A stretch of DNA of 64,000 nt from Candidatus Velthaea sp. (GCA_965214935.1 CBDCCS010000004.1:32001-96000); one strand, 5' to 3'. Counted from the stretch's first letter, positions 9,200-19,656 are shown. Numbers and translations: made by a program. The notes: generated by a model not told the origin, from the sequence alone.

Positions 9200-9826
9200 C
9201 TATGCTAAACCACGCATCGCCTTCCACACGCTATACAGTGGCGAATTCGGTCCCGGATTAAGATTTTCCAACACATCGGCGGCGACTTCTTGGTCGATCT
9301 CATCGAGCTTCTTGAGTTCGGCGTTTGCCATCGCCATCGTGTTGCGGAAATCATCGCCTTTCGCAGTTCCGAGATGTTTCTGCAACTCGGCAATTCGGGC
9401 GGAAACGGCCTTGGTGCGCTCCTCGCGAACCGGACCCTCTTCGCGGCGGTACGACTTCACGAATTCATCGAGCGCTGCAATCGATAAGCCGGCTTTCGCA
9501 CCGGGCGATTCATCAACGGTTTTACGCCCCTGCCGGCGCAGAATGCCGCTTCCACGCGGGGCGCGGTTCGGAATCGGCTCGAGGACATCTTTGGTTACAA
9601 GCAGCTTGACCGTACCGGGCTTGCCGAAGCGGCCCGGTGTTTGACCTTGGCGCTGAGCAATGTTTTTCTTTTTATCGGTTAACTCAGAAAGCTTTGATTC
9701 AAGCATTTCTTTGGTTACCGGAACCGGCTTTTTATTGGCTTCGGCTGCAAAGAGCCTCATTGCAAGATCGTAGGCAGTTTGAGTGACTTTAATTTTGTTC
9801 GGAATCTGACCGTTGCTTACCGCCAT
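9200..9826 (-). CDS. Hypothetical Lys/Arg-rich helical protein
   Basis: 208-aa ORF with RBS agggg; lower-GC context; no recognised domain. Confidence 0.7.
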   Translation of the reverse strand: MAVSNGQIPNKIKVTQTAYDLAMRLFAAEANKKPVPVTKEMLESKLSELTDKKKNIAQRQGQTPGRFGKPGTVKLLVTKDVLEPIPNRAPRGSGILRRQGRKTVDESPGAKAGLSIAALDEFVKSYRREEGPVREERTKAVSARIAELQKHLGTAKGDDFRNTMAMANAELKKLDEIDQEVAADVLENLNPGPNSPLYSVWKAMRGLA

Positions 9827-10087
9827 AGATGAAACCCCTAATCGCGATGCCTTTTAAAGATCTTTCTACAGGTGCGCGGTTGCAAATAGCAATTCCTGGA
9901 TATCGCCTGACGATCGGTTTTTCTGCGCTAACATTAAATGTGCGCTAAAGCTGGCCGAGCCGGATTGCAACAAGTACTCAAGGCATGTCGTCGACAGCGC
10001 CGTTACAATAGCTTTACGCCACTTGCATAGCATTAACGCATAGCCGTTTAATAGCCGATACGGCGGAAAGATCGTTTGCAAACGCCG

Positions 10088-12136
10088 TCACGTCGCGATT
10101 TCAAGAACGCGTACCAGGAAAGCGTACCGGTCGGCGACTTCGGCAATAACCTTCGCCGTCGGCTTACCCGCGCCGTGCCCGGCTTTCGATTCGATGCGAA
10201 TCAGGATCGGAGCGGTACCGCTTTGCACGGCTTGAAGCCGAGCAGCGAATTTGAAACTATGACCCGGAAACACCCGGTCGTCGTGGTCTCCGGTCGTTAT
10301 CAGCGTGGCTGGATAGGCAACACCGGCATGGAGATTGTGCAGCGGCGAGTATGCCAACAAGTAGCGAAAGTCGGCAACGTCGTCCGAACAACCGTAATCG
10401 GCTGACCAGGCCCAACCGATGGTGAATCGTTGAAAGCGCAGCATGTCCATCACACCGACGGCCGGCAATGCGGCTGCGAACAGATCCGGTCGCTGCGCGA
10501 GCACCGCGGCGACAAGCAATCCGCCATTGCTGCCGCCCATAATTGCCAGCTTAGCCGTGCGCGTAAATCGCTCTGCGATTAAATATTGACCGGCGGCGAT
10601 GAAGTCATCAAAGACGTTTTGTTTACGCTCCTTTGTGCCGGCTGCGTGCCATGCCTCACCATACTCACCGCCCCCGCGCAGATTCGCAACGGCATAGATA
10701 CCGCCCATTTCGAGCCAAACCAGCGTGGCCGGCGAAAACGCCGGCGTCAGCGAGATGTTGAAGCCGCCGTAACCATAGAGAATTGCCGGTGCCGACCCGT
10801 CACGTACAAGCCCGCGCTTGTACGTAACGATCAAGGGAACGCGCGTTCCATCTTTGCTGGTACAAAAATATTGCTCGCTTACATAAAGTGCGGGATCGAA
10901 ATCAACAGCCGGTGTGAAGACGGCCGCACTGTCGCCCGAAGCCAGAACATAGCGATACACGGTAGCCGGCTGCGTATAGCTCGTAAAATTAAAGAACATC
11001 TCGCGATCGAGCCGTCTACCGGTGAAACCGCCCGCCGTGCCGAAACCGGGCAACGCTAATTCACCGACGCGTTCCCCTTTGAGTGTCATGATGGACACAG
11101 CAGAACGCGCGTCGGTCAGGTAATGGACGAAAAAACAATCGCCGAACAGTGCGACGCTGTCGAGGACATCGCTTGTCTCGGGCAGGAGTTCGCGTCGCAA
11201 TCCGTTCCGAGCATCGATTGATATCACGCGACCCAACGGCGCATCAAACGTCGTTTGAAAGTATAAGCAATCACCATCATTGCCGATAAAGTCATAGTGT
11301 CCGTCCGCGTCGGGCAACAGCTCGATGACATCGGCTTGACACGAGATGTCGCGCACGAACACGCGATTCTTCGGATCGGTACCTTGCGTGACCTGAATGA
11401 TGAGCCAGCGTCCGTCTTCGGAAACCAGCGGCGCAATGTTCCAATCTTTATGATCGGGCCTCTCGTAGACGAGCACGTCATCCATTTGACTCGTGCCGAG
11501 CGCATGAAAAAACAATTTATGGTTGAAATTCGTATCTTTGAAACGGCCTTCGCCCGGCTCGTCGTAACGGCTATAATAAAAGCCGGATCCGTCAATGCGC
11601 CATGCGGCACCTGAGAATTTGCTCCACCGCACGACGTCGGGCAAATCGAGGCGCGTTGCAACGTCGCGCACGCGCCATTCAAGCCAGTCCGAACCCGAAG
11701 CGGCGAGCGCATAAGCTAAATACCTGCCGTCGTGACTGAAGGCAAGGCCTGACAGCGCGATCGTTCCATCGCTTGACAAGACGTTTGGATCGAGCAACGT
11801 TGTAGCGCTTTGCAAGTCGGGCCCGGCTAATAACACGGACTGATTCTGCAGTCCGGTGTTTCTAAAGAATACGTAGTTATCACCCTCGCGCGAGGGTGTT
11901 GAATACCGTTCGTAATTCCAAACATGCTCGAGGCGGTCACGGATAGCTGTGCGCCGGTCGACCGTCGTAAGGAATGATTCGGTGAGTGCGTTTTGCGCTG
12001 CGATCCAAGCGACCGTCTCGCGTGCGTCGACGTTTTCGAGCCAGCGGTACGGGTCGGCGATTGCATGTCCGTGATAATCTTCGACGACATCGCCACACGG
12101 AGTCGGAGGATAAGCTTGCAGCGTTTCGGGCATCAT
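10088..12136 (-). CDS. Prolyl oligopeptidase (S9A)
   Basis: DPYRWLE, YGYGGFN, GGSNGGLL nucleophile motif, DHDDRV, GHGAGK. Confidence 0.96.
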   Translation of the reverse strand: MMPETLQAYPPTPCGDVVEDYHGHAIADPYRWLENVDARETVAWIAAQNALTESFLTTVDRRTAIRDRLEHVWNYERYSTPSREGDNYVFFRNTGLQNQSVLLAGPDLQSATTLLDPNVLSSDGTIALSGLAFSHDGRYLAYALAASGSDWLEWRVRDVATRLDLPDVVRWSKFSGAAWRIDGSGFYYSRYDEPGEGRFKDTNFNHKLFFHALGTSQMDDVLVYERPDHKDWNIAPLVSEDGRWLIIQVTQGTDPKNRVFVRDISCQADVIELLPDADGHYDFIGNDGDCLYFQTTFDAPLGRVISIDARNGLRRELLPETSDVLDSVALFGDCFFVHYLTDARSAVSIMTLKGERVGELALPGFGTAGGFTGRRLDREMFFNFTSYTQPATVYRYVLASGDSAAVFTPAVDFDPALYVSEQYFCTSKDGTRVPLIVTYKRGLVRDGSAPAILYGYGGFNISLTPAFSPATLVWLEMGGIYAVANLRGGGEYGEAWHAAGTKERKQNVFDDFIAAGQYLIAERFTRTAKLAIMGGSNGGLLVAAVLAQRPDLFAAALPAVGVMDMLRFQRFTIGWAWSADYGCSDDVADFRYLLAYSPLHNLHAGVAYPATLITTGDHDDRVFPGHSFKFAARLQAVQSGTAPILIRIESKAGHGAGKPTAKVIAEVADRYAFLVRVLEIAT

Positions 12137-12330
12137 GCTTTTCGCTTCTTCAAAGCGGTTCGCGCCTCCGTCGTTACACGTGCAAGGCTGCGGCTCGATG
12201 AACGCAAACGTGCATCGGCGGGCTGTTGACGGTCGGCTGCCGATACGAGGCTCGCTTTACAATGATGCAGTACGGAACCGTGCAAACAGGTGGATTCCGC
12301 TGCGGCACTCGCGAAGTGATCGCCTCGCGC

Positions 12331-12403
12331 GGGGACGTAGCTCAGTTGGTAGAGCGCCTGCTTTGCAAGCAGGATGTCAGGAGTTCGAATCTCCTCGTCT
12401 CCA
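12331..12403 (+). tRNA. tRNA-Ala(TGC)
   Basis: GGGGACG/CGTCTCC acceptor with G3:U70; CCTGC-TTTGCAA-GCAGG anticodon arm. Confidence 0.97.
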
Positions 12404-12672
12404 CATTTGATTGCGGGAAGCAGAACGTCGGTTCGAATCTCATCAGAGCGGATCTGCTTTTTCGAAGCTCGTAATTTGCGGCAATCGGCCTATCTATTGC
12501 CTCAGGCAGAGTCGGCTCTAAGCCTACCGCAGCAACGCGACGAGCAGCCCGGGCGATAAGCGGTCGAAGAACCGGCTCCGGTCCTTCATGTTGCGGTGTC
12601 GCCGAAACGCTTGTGGCCGAGCCGGAAGCCCAACGCTCGATCCGGGGGGCTCGAACATGAGGCGGAGCACGC

Positions 12673-12906
12673 GTGCCTGTTTTGCCGATCTTCTGCCCGA
12701 TTCGTGCAAGCGCTCCGGCCGTCGCATCCTTGTTGCCCCCGCCGCAGTCGCGTCTGTTGCGCGAGCTGCTCGAGCCGACAGCCACCTGCGGCTTCACACT
12801 TCGTCTTTGCAACCGGCTTTGCCAGGCGATGTCTGCCGATGAGGCAGCGGCGTATGTGCCGCACATCCTCGAGCAAGCCTACATCCGTCACTGCGAGCCG
12901 CTGTAG
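12673..12906 (+). CDS. Small hypothetical protein (77 aa)
   Basis: GTG with ggag 5 nt upstream; amphipathic, protein-like composition. Confidence 0.4.
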   Translation: MPVLPIFCPIRASAPAVASLLPPPQSRLLRELLEPTATCGFTLRLCNRLCQAMSADEAAAYVPHILEQAYIRHCEPL

Positions 12907-13005
12907 CGACTCATCGAGGCCGGAACGGCGGATCTCGGCTGGGGTTTGGCGATCGGTGATAACCTGTCCGTTACCTGCGCTGAGTTCTCCCATCCATCAC
13001 AGTAG

Positions 13006-13055
13006 GCTAAAGCGAACGTTCGAGTGCCGGGCTAAAGCGAACGTTCGAGTGCCGG
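13006..13055. repeat. Perfect tandem duplication of a 25-nt unit
   Basis: gctaaagcgaacgttcgagtgccgg x2 (13006-13030, 13031-13055); each copy contains the palindrome cgaacgttcg. Confidence 0.95.
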
Positions 13056-13340
13056 TTCGCACAAAGGTGATACCGTCGGTTTCCGGCGCCGAGGATCCCG
13101 CAACGCCGGCGAGTTCAGGCCGCGAGGCGCTGCGCTATCTTCCCCACGCTCGGCAATTATCGTGCAGCACGCTTGCCATGAATCGAATTTGCATGCCGGA
13201 CGCCGTTCTCGTCAGCTTCGTAAAGACGCGTCAATTCGCATAACGTCAATGCGAGTTGCGCGGCGCTGAACCGGCGTCCGCCATTCATGCACTCTATGAC
13301 AGGCTTCGAAAACGTCGAGCCGCCAGCCGGACCTGCAACA

Positions 13341-13553
13341 TTAGGTCGGGCGGGAGTCAAGGTGCGATAGCGGTAACGTTCTTGCGCCGACTGATTCAAT
13401 TGCAACGATGTGCTCGAGCGCAAAATAGTGCGAGGATGCCTCATCGGCATGCAGCGCGGCACGCAGTTCCTCGGTATGCGCTTGAACGAGCCGCGTTGCA
13501 GTTTCGTCGTCGCCCGCATCGAATGATAGGCTAAACGTGGCGATGTATTCCAA
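13341..13553 (-). CDS. Small hypothetical protein (~70 aa)
   Basis: TTG start with ggaagg RBS; (M)EYIATFSLSFDAGDDETATRLV... Confidence 0.5.
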   Translation of the reverse strand: MEYIATFSLSFDAGDDETATRLVQAHTEELRAALHADEASSHYFALEHIVAIESVGARTLPLSHLDSRPT

Positions 13554-13703
13554 GACTACCTTCCGTCCGTTCCGCTTACAATTTCGCATTTTGTTCGCAA
13601 TGTCGTGCGTCCGGCCTGTAGGACGGTCACCGATTGCGATGACCGCCGGCTAGCCGCCGCGCCGCCGCAAACAATAATTGCGATCGGCCGAAAGTCTATC
13701 TAT

Positions 13704-15545
13704 TTAGCGGCCCGACCCAACCTCGAGCGACGCAGACGGGCTGACGGCCGCATTGTGACAACGACTACGCACCGTCGATTTCGCGTGATTTAAATTTAAA
13801 GCGCTATTGATGAGCCCGACATGCGAAAAAGCTTGCGGAAAATTTCCGACGAAGCGCTCTGCTTGCGGATCGAACTCTTCGGATAGCAGACCGACATCAT
13901 TGCAAAGACGGATCAAGCGTTCGAAAAACGCCTGGCCTTCAGCCCGCCGGCCCGCTAACACGTACGCATCGACAAGCCAGAAACTGCAGGCTAAGAACGC
14001 CCCTTCACCGGGCGGTAATCCGTCGACATTCGTTGCCCGTTCTTCCGTGTAACGGTAGACGAAACCATCGCGCAGCAACGTCTGCTCGATCGCGGTAACC
14101 GTCCCGGTAACCCGGTCGTCGCCGGGCGGCAGAAAGCCGACGAGCGGAATGAGCAGGCAGCTGGCATCGAGCGACGCCGAGCCGTACGCTTGCGTGAAGG
14201 TCCGGCGCGCCGAATCAAAGGCGTTCGTACAGACATCGTGGTGAATGGCGTCGCGCGTTTCGCGCCAACTTGCAACCGGTCCCTCGAGTCCAAATTCTTC
14301 AACGGCTTTGACCGCGCGGTCGAGTGCGACCCAAGCCATCACTTTAGAGTGCGTAAAGTGTTGCAGCGGCCCGCGAACTTCCCACAGACCGCGATCCGGC
14401 TCGCGCCACCGTCGCTCGACTTCACGAACCATCGCGCAAAAGAGCGCCCAATCGTTAGCGGTTGATTCGAGCCCGTGCCGGCGAGCCGTATACAAAAGAT
14501 CGACCACTTCGCCATAAACGTCAAGCTGGAATTGACCGTCGGCGGCGTTTCCCGAACGTACCGGTTTTGCACCTTCGTAACCGCCGAGCCACGGCAGTTC
14601 GATCTCCGGTAAGCGCCGGTTCCCGCGGATGTCGTACACGATCTGTAAGTCGCTCGGCGCACCCGCGACTGCGCGCAACAGCCAATTTCGCCACGCTTGC
14701 GCGTCGCTTTCGAAGCCGGCATTGAGCAGCACGTTGAGCGTGAAGGTCGCGTCGCGTAGCCAGCAGTACCGGTAGTCCCAATTACGCACGCCGCCCAGCT
14801 GTTCGGGCAACGACGATGTCGGCGCAGCAACGATCCCGCCGGTCGGCTCGTACGTCAGCGCATTGAGGGTAATGAGCGATCGCAAAACAAGTTTGCGATA
14901 CTTCCCATCGTAGGTGCACTGCTTGGACCACGCGCGCCACGACGCAGCTGTTTTATCGATCGCATCGTGTTTCGCGCGTGGCTCCGGCTGTGCTTCGTAC
15001 GACGGGTAATGCGTGAGGTCGAACCTGACATCGGCGCCGGCTTCGATGGTGAAATCGGCGATCGTCACGAGATTCTCGGAACGCAGTTCGACATCGCTTG
15101 CGAGAAATAAGCCGTCGCTGCCGGCAATCGCCAACAGTCCGCCTTCGACACGCTGCACCCACGGAACGATCGACCCGTAATCAAAGCGCACGATGTATTC
15201 GAGATGCATTTCCACCCGGCCGCGGATCCCCGTTATGCGCCGTATGATGCGCGGCCGGTCGCGTTCTAAAACCATGGCGTCGGTCACGCACACGGAGCCG
15301 CCGGCGGTCGTAAAGGTCGTGTCGAGGATGAGCGTACCGGCCTTGTACTCGCGCTTGACGCCGATAACGGCTTCGCTGGGCGCAATTTGCCAGTGACCGT
15401 TCGCCGCATCTCCAACAATCGCGGCGAACACCGCCGGGCCGTCGAAGCGCGGCAGGCACAGCCAGTCGATCGATCCGTTGTTCCCTACCAGCGCTGCTGA
15501 ATGCCGATCGCCGATGAGTGCATAATCCTCGATCCGCAGCGCCAT
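13704..15545 (-). CDS. Glycoside hydrolase family 15 (glucoamylase/trehalase-like)
   Basis: IEDYALIGD..SAALV, GSIDWLCLPRFD, RNWDYRYCWLRD, GNFPQAFSH. Confidence 0.95.
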   Translation of the reverse strand: MALRIEDYALIGDRHSAALVGNNGSIDWLCLPRFDGPAVFAAIVGDAANGHWQIAPSEAVIGVKREYKAGTLILDTTFTTAGGSVCVTDAMVLERDRPRIIRRITGIRGRVEMHLEYIVRFDYGSIVPWVQRVEGGLLAIAGSDGLFLASDVELRSENLVTIADFTIEAGADVRFDLTHYPSYEAQPEPRAKHDAIDKTAASWRAWSKQCTYDGKYRKLVLRSLITLNALTYEPTGGIVAAPTSSLPEQLGGVRNWDYRYCWLRDATFTLNVLLNAGFESDAQAWRNWLLRAVAGAPSDLQIVYDIRGNRRLPEIELPWLGGYEGAKPVRSGNAADGQFQLDVYGEVVDLLYTARRHGLESTANDWALFCAMVREVERRWREPDRGLWEVRGPLQHFTHSKVMAWVALDRAVKAVEEFGLEGPVASWRETRDAIHHDVCTNAFDSARRTFTQAYGSASLDASCLLIPLVGFLPPGDDRVTGTVTAIEQTLLRDGFVYRYTEERATNVDGLPPGEGAFLACSFWLVDAYVLAGRRAEGQAFFERLIRLCNDVGLLSEEFDPQAERFVGNFPQAFSHVGLINSALNLNHAKSTVRSRCHNAAVSPSASLEVGSGR

Positions 15546-15655
15546 CCGCCAGGTCCTACCCAAAGGAGCACCGCCTTAGTCGCCACCTCATGCGGCCGCC
15601 AAGTTGCGAGCAGCGGCGGTAGGGGACGCAGCAACGTGCAAGGCAGAGCACGACC

Positions 15656-16462
15656 ATGGCAGATCGACAATTGCAAGGCCAAACGGCGATCGTAACGGGC
15701 GCGAATTCGGGGATCGGCTACGCCTGTGCCGACGCGCTCGCTCGATGCGGTGCCGCCGTCGCGATCAACTACCACCGCCATGCCGAAAATGCCGTCAACC
15801 TCGCGGCCGCAATCGGCGCGCGCGGTGGACGTGCAATCGCCGTCGACGGCGACGTTTCGAATGAAGCGGACGTCGAGCGAATCTTCGCGACCACGTTGGA
15901 CGCGTTCGGTTCGGTCGACATTTTGATCAACAACGCGGGATTGCAAAAGGACGCGGCGTTCGTCGATATGACGCTCGAAGATTGGAATGCGACGCTGGAC
16001 ATCGATCTCACCGGCGCATTCTTGTGCAGCCGTGCCGCCGCGCGCATCTTTCTTCGTCAAGGCGTCCGCGCCGGCGGCTCCCGCGCTGCGGGTAAAATCA
16101 TCTTCATCAGCTCGGTTCACGAGCGTATACCATGGGCCGGCCACGCCAATTACACGGCGGCCAAAGGCGGCATCAAGATGCTGATGCAAACGTTGGCCCA
16201 GGAACTCGCCGCAGAGCGCATCCGCGTCAATGCCATCGCGCCCGGGGCGATTAAAACGTCGATCAACGAAAAGGTTTGGGGCGATCCGCAAGCGGCGCAC
16301 GAGCTCCTCAAGCTCATTCCATACGGTCGAATCGGCGACGTTGAAGACGTAGCCGCAGCCGTTGTATGGCTTGCGTCGGACCTAGCGGATTATATTACCG
16401 GAACGACGCTCTTTGTCGACGGCGGAATGGCGCTCTATCCCGGATTCGAAAGAAACGGCTGA
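15656..16462 (+). CDS. Glucose 1-dehydrogenase-like SDR
   Basis: TGANSGIG, SSVHERIPW, YTAAKGG, PGAIKTSIN; typical GH15 neighbour. Confidence 0.88.
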   Translation: MADRQLQGQTAIVTGANSGIGYACADALARCGAAVAINYHRHAENAVNLAAAIGARGGRAIAVDGDVSNEADVERIFATTLDAFGSVDILINNAGLQKDAAFVDMTLEDWNATLDIDLTGAFLCSRAAARIFLRQGVRAGGSRAAGKIIFISSVHERIPWAGHANYTAAKGGIKMLMQTLAQELAAERIRVNAIAPGAIKTSINEKVWGDPQAAHELLKLIPYGRIGDVEDVAAAVVWLASDLADYITGTTLFVDGGMALYPGFERNG

Positions 16463-16611
16463 ACGCGTCAGCCGACCTAGACCTAGGCGACGTGCGACCG
16501 GCTTCACCGCTCGAGCGTTCGTCGGATTCGTGCAACCGTAGTACGAACAGAAGAGAGGCGCAGACATGCATCTGCGCCCCTGGTTTCGGGTTCGTCCGAA
16601 GGACTTAGAGC

Positions 16612-19600
16612 TTACTTACCATCGCCGTCCGAATCGTTTTTGTCGTAATTCTGCGACGATACGGCAAGCGCCGACTTTGCGGGCAGCGATCCTCGCCCCG
16701 TTAAGCCGAACTCTAAAATCTGATTGTAGTACTGGGGATTGACGTGGTCCGGCCGTGAGAAGTCGAGACCGGCCGTTGCGCTGGCCCACCAGGCGCGGTC
16801 GTGCAGATCCGCAACGCGTGCCGACCGCACGGCGCCTGGGTTTTTACATGCCGGAACGAGGTCGGTCGCGACGGGTTTCGCGCACAACGAGCCGGGAATG
16901 ATCGCCGTATACGGCGTCACGTCCGGCACGCGTTTAAAGGCATCGACGATCGGTTGAGCGTTGGAATCTTGGAAACCCAGGTGATTGACGCCGAGCAGAT
17001 CTTCGACCGTCCGCAGCGCCGACGTCGAGAAGTACGTTGAATGCACGACGCCGACTTTTTGGGAGTACGGTGAAATGATATGGACGATCGAACGATGTGC
17101 GTCGACATGATCCTGACCGTCTTGCGGATCGTCTTCAAGCATAACGATCGCCGTTGACGACCAATACGGTGAATGCGAAACCGCTTCGACGAGTTTGCCG
17201 ATGGCGTAATCGTGGTCCGCTAACTCTAATTGCGGCGTCCCGAGGCCTTCAAGCGCGGTCTTGAGCGAACCGGTATGATCGTGCGGAATCGTCATCGTCA
17301 TGAGCGCCGGCATGTTGCGGTGCGCCACGAAGCCGTTGAACTCGCGGGTCCATTCTTCGATGCGGTAGATGTCGGGATAATTTTGATCGAAAGCACGGTA
17401 GTACGGGTCCGTCACCGGCTGAATTGACGGCGTGCTTGCTGCCGCCTGCGGCACGTGCGCCATGAATGGGTTACGTACCAGCGCCGGGTTGAGCGGAGCC
17501 GGATAGCTATAGGGGTTGAGATCGATTTGCCAGCCGTAATTACGAACCGAGTTCGCGCCGTATTTGCGCAGCACGGTTTCCCAAATATATCCGCCGATAG
17601 CGTTCGAGGCGAGATTGTTTGCACCGACGTTTGCGGACGGATCTTTGATACCCGGCAAGATCGTCGACTTGCCGCTGGGATCGAGAATACCGGTGATCCG
17701 CGTCTTGAAAATCGAGGGCGGACCGGTCGGCGGCAGCCCGAGATTGATATTGTTGACGATGCCTTGCCAGTCGTAGGTAAAGCCGTCGGCGCCGTTCCCG
17801 TAATCGACCGGCTGCGTCTTCTCGATATAGTCGTTGGTATGGCCTTGCATAACCCAATTCCAACCGACGCCGCTCGTTTCACTCGAGTCATAAAAATTAT
17901 CGAGCGTGACGAAGTTCGTCGCGAGCGCATGGAGATTTGGCGTAATCGGCTGACTGAAAAATGTTAAGCGCGGATCGCCGTTCGAGCCGTTATGCAGATC
18001 GCCGAGTACTTGATCGAACGTGCGGTTTTCATTCACGATGTAGATGACGTGCTTAATTCTCGTCTGCAAGTACTGCATCATCGCGAAGTTATGCCGATTA
18101 TTGAAGTTGTTGTTGACGTCGACGATGTTCGAAAGATATCCGAGCGTCGTGTCATCGGGCGTCGGCATGGACAGCAGCCCTGACTTTTCGAGCTCCCAGG
18201 TGTATTCATTTTTCCACGTCGGATTCGTGGCAACGCCGAAGGGCGTATTCCAGGCATAATACCGATTGCCCGGATTCGGACCGCTATTCGACTTCTCGTT
18301 TACGACGAAGAGGTGCTTGCCGTCAGGACCGAGCGAAACCGACGTCGGATACCATCCCGTCGGAATGCGTCCGAGCACTCGGCCCGTCTTCATATCGAGG
18401 ACCGCGACGGCGTTTTCACCGCCGAGCGTTACGTACAGACGCGTACCGTTCGCCCCAATCGCCAACGAGTCGGGGATAGCGCCCTTGTAAACGTCACCCG
18501 GACGCCCAACGCTCGCGCTGCCGACGATGCGATCGCTGAGCGTGTCGATCTTGACGATCGAGTCATCGTTACCGCAAGCAACGTAGAGATATCGCTGCGC
18601 GCTATCCAGGATCGCTTTGTTCGGACCGGCAGGCACCGCGATGACCGCCGAGATGGAGCCGCCGGTAAGGACCACGACTTGGTCATCGCGTTCGCTTGTA
18701 ACGTAAGCTTTTGCGTACGCACCGGCCGGATCGCTCTTCACGGCGACCCAAAACGGCATCTCGCCGATCGGCGACAGCGAGCCCGGTGCGGTAAACACGA
18801 CGTCTTTGATCACGCTGCGTTTAACGGTATCGACGATCGTTGCGGACGCATTGTGAAAGTTTGCCGTGACGATCGTTTTGCCGTCGCGGCTGATATCAAA
18901 GCCGGCGACCGTCGCAGCCGGCGTTAAGGACGGCCCAAAAGCGCTTTTGCCGGCCGGCGTGTTCGCCAAGCTGCCGCCATGATAATCGGTAATTGCTGCC
19001 GTCGGGTTTGCATTGTGATTGAGTACGATAAACGGTGCATCGGGTTTATAGTTCGTCCCCGGCTTCCCTGCGCTGTTCTTGTAGACGGCGATCCGATCGT
19101 CGATTCCACCCGACACATAAAAGCGGTCCGCGCTCGGATCCCAGGCAATACCGTTATACGTGTTGCGAATCGGAATGATCTGGCGTTTTATCGCCACGCC
19201 GCTGCTGATGTCGTAAACGAAGATGCCTTCGGACTGATTCGCGCCGTTATAGGTATTCGCGACGACCGATAACGGCGCGGGCAAGCCGGTAAGCGGAAAC
19301 AGGGCCGGGAAGTTTATCGGCTCGGGGGCAGCCCCGCTCGCGACTTGATAGGCAAAACCGGTATTGAATCCGCTCGTCAAAACGAGCAGCGTTTTTCCAT
19401 CCGGGCTGACCACGGACGCCATCGCGCTGTCCGCGTCGGCGTTTCCGTCCGGCCGGAGGCCGCTGGCAAGACGCTGATAGCTCGAACCCGACGCAAGCGT
19501 CGGTGTGATGTATTGACCCGTCGGCAGCAGTGCCGGATTTCCGTCGCCGCCGTATACCTGGAGCGGTCGCACCGACGCGGCCGACGAAAGCGTTGCGCTC

Positions 19601-19656
19601 GCCGCAAACAGAGCGAGTAACGAGCACGTAAGTGTACGCTCAAAGCGTGAGAAAAT
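16612..19656 (-). CDS. Secreted YVTN/YncE beta-propeller plus alkaline-phosphatase-superfamily phosphoesterase (probable ATT start)
   Basis: GRIPTGWYPTSV, KHVIYIVNENRTFDQVLGD, EDDPQDGQDHVDAHRS; signal peptide in frame upstream of the ORF-track start at 19572. Confidence 0.88.
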   Translation of the reverse strand: MFSRFERTLTCSLLALFAASATLSSAASVRPLQVYGGDGNPALLPTGQYITPTLASGSSYQRLASGLRPDGNADADSAMASVVSPDGKTLLVLTSGFNTGFAYQVASGAAPEPINFPALFPLTGLPAPLSVVANTYNGANQSEGIFVYDISSGVAIKRQIIPIRNTYNGIAWDPSADRFYVSGGIDDRIAVYKNSAGKPGTNYKPDAPFIVLNHNANPTAAITDYHGGSLANTPAGKSAFGPSLTPAATVAGFDISRDGKTIVTANFHNASATIVDTVKRSVIKDVVFTAPGSLSPIGEMPFWVAVKSDPAGAYAKAYVTSERDDQVVVLTGGSISAVIAVPAGPNKAILDSAQRYLYVACGNDDSIVKIDTLSDRIVGSASVGRPGDVYKGAIPDSLAIGANGTRLYVTLGGENAVAVLDMKTGRVLGRIPTGWYPTSVSLGPDGKHLFVVNEKSNSGPNPGNRYYAWNTPFGVATNPTWKNEYTWELEKSGLLSMPTPDDTTLGYLSNIVDVNNNFNNRHNFAMMQYLQTRIKHVIYIVNENRTFDQVLGDLHNGSNGDPRLTFFSQPITPNLHALATNFVTLDNFYDSSETSGVGWNWVMQGHTNDYIEKTQPVDYGNGADGFTYDWQGIVNNINLGLPPTGPPSIFKTRITGILDPSGKSTILPGIKDPSANVGANNLASNAIGGYIWETVLRKYGANSVRNYGWQIDLNPYSYPAPLNPALVRNPFMAHVPQAAASTPSIQPVTDPYYRAFDQNYPDIYRIEEWTREFNGFVAHRNMPALMTMTIPHDHTGSLKTALEGLGTPQLELADHDYAIGKLVEAVSHSPYWSSTAIVMLEDDPQDGQDHVDAHRSIVHIISPYSQKVGVVHSTYFSTSALRTVEDLLGVNHLGFQDSNAQPIVDAFKRVPDVTPYTAIIPGSLCAKPVATDLVPACKNPGAVRSARVADLHDRAWWASATAGLDFSRPDHVNPQYYNQILEFGLTGRGSLPAKSALAVSSQNYDKNDSDGDGK

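Noticed and set aside
12422..12435. LexA (GAAC-N4-GTTC) box
   Set aside because: Not positioned at an SOS gene promoter, and better explained as a degenerate tRNA 3' fragment
13006..13055. Possible CRISPR array
   Set aside because: Only two abutting copies with no spacer, and no cas genes in the window
12586..13243. 135-aa (minus) and 215-aa (plus) ORFs
   Set aside because: Arg/Ser/Cys-rich with no recognisable motifs; they overlap the more plausible 77-aa ORF, and the longer one spans the tandem repeat
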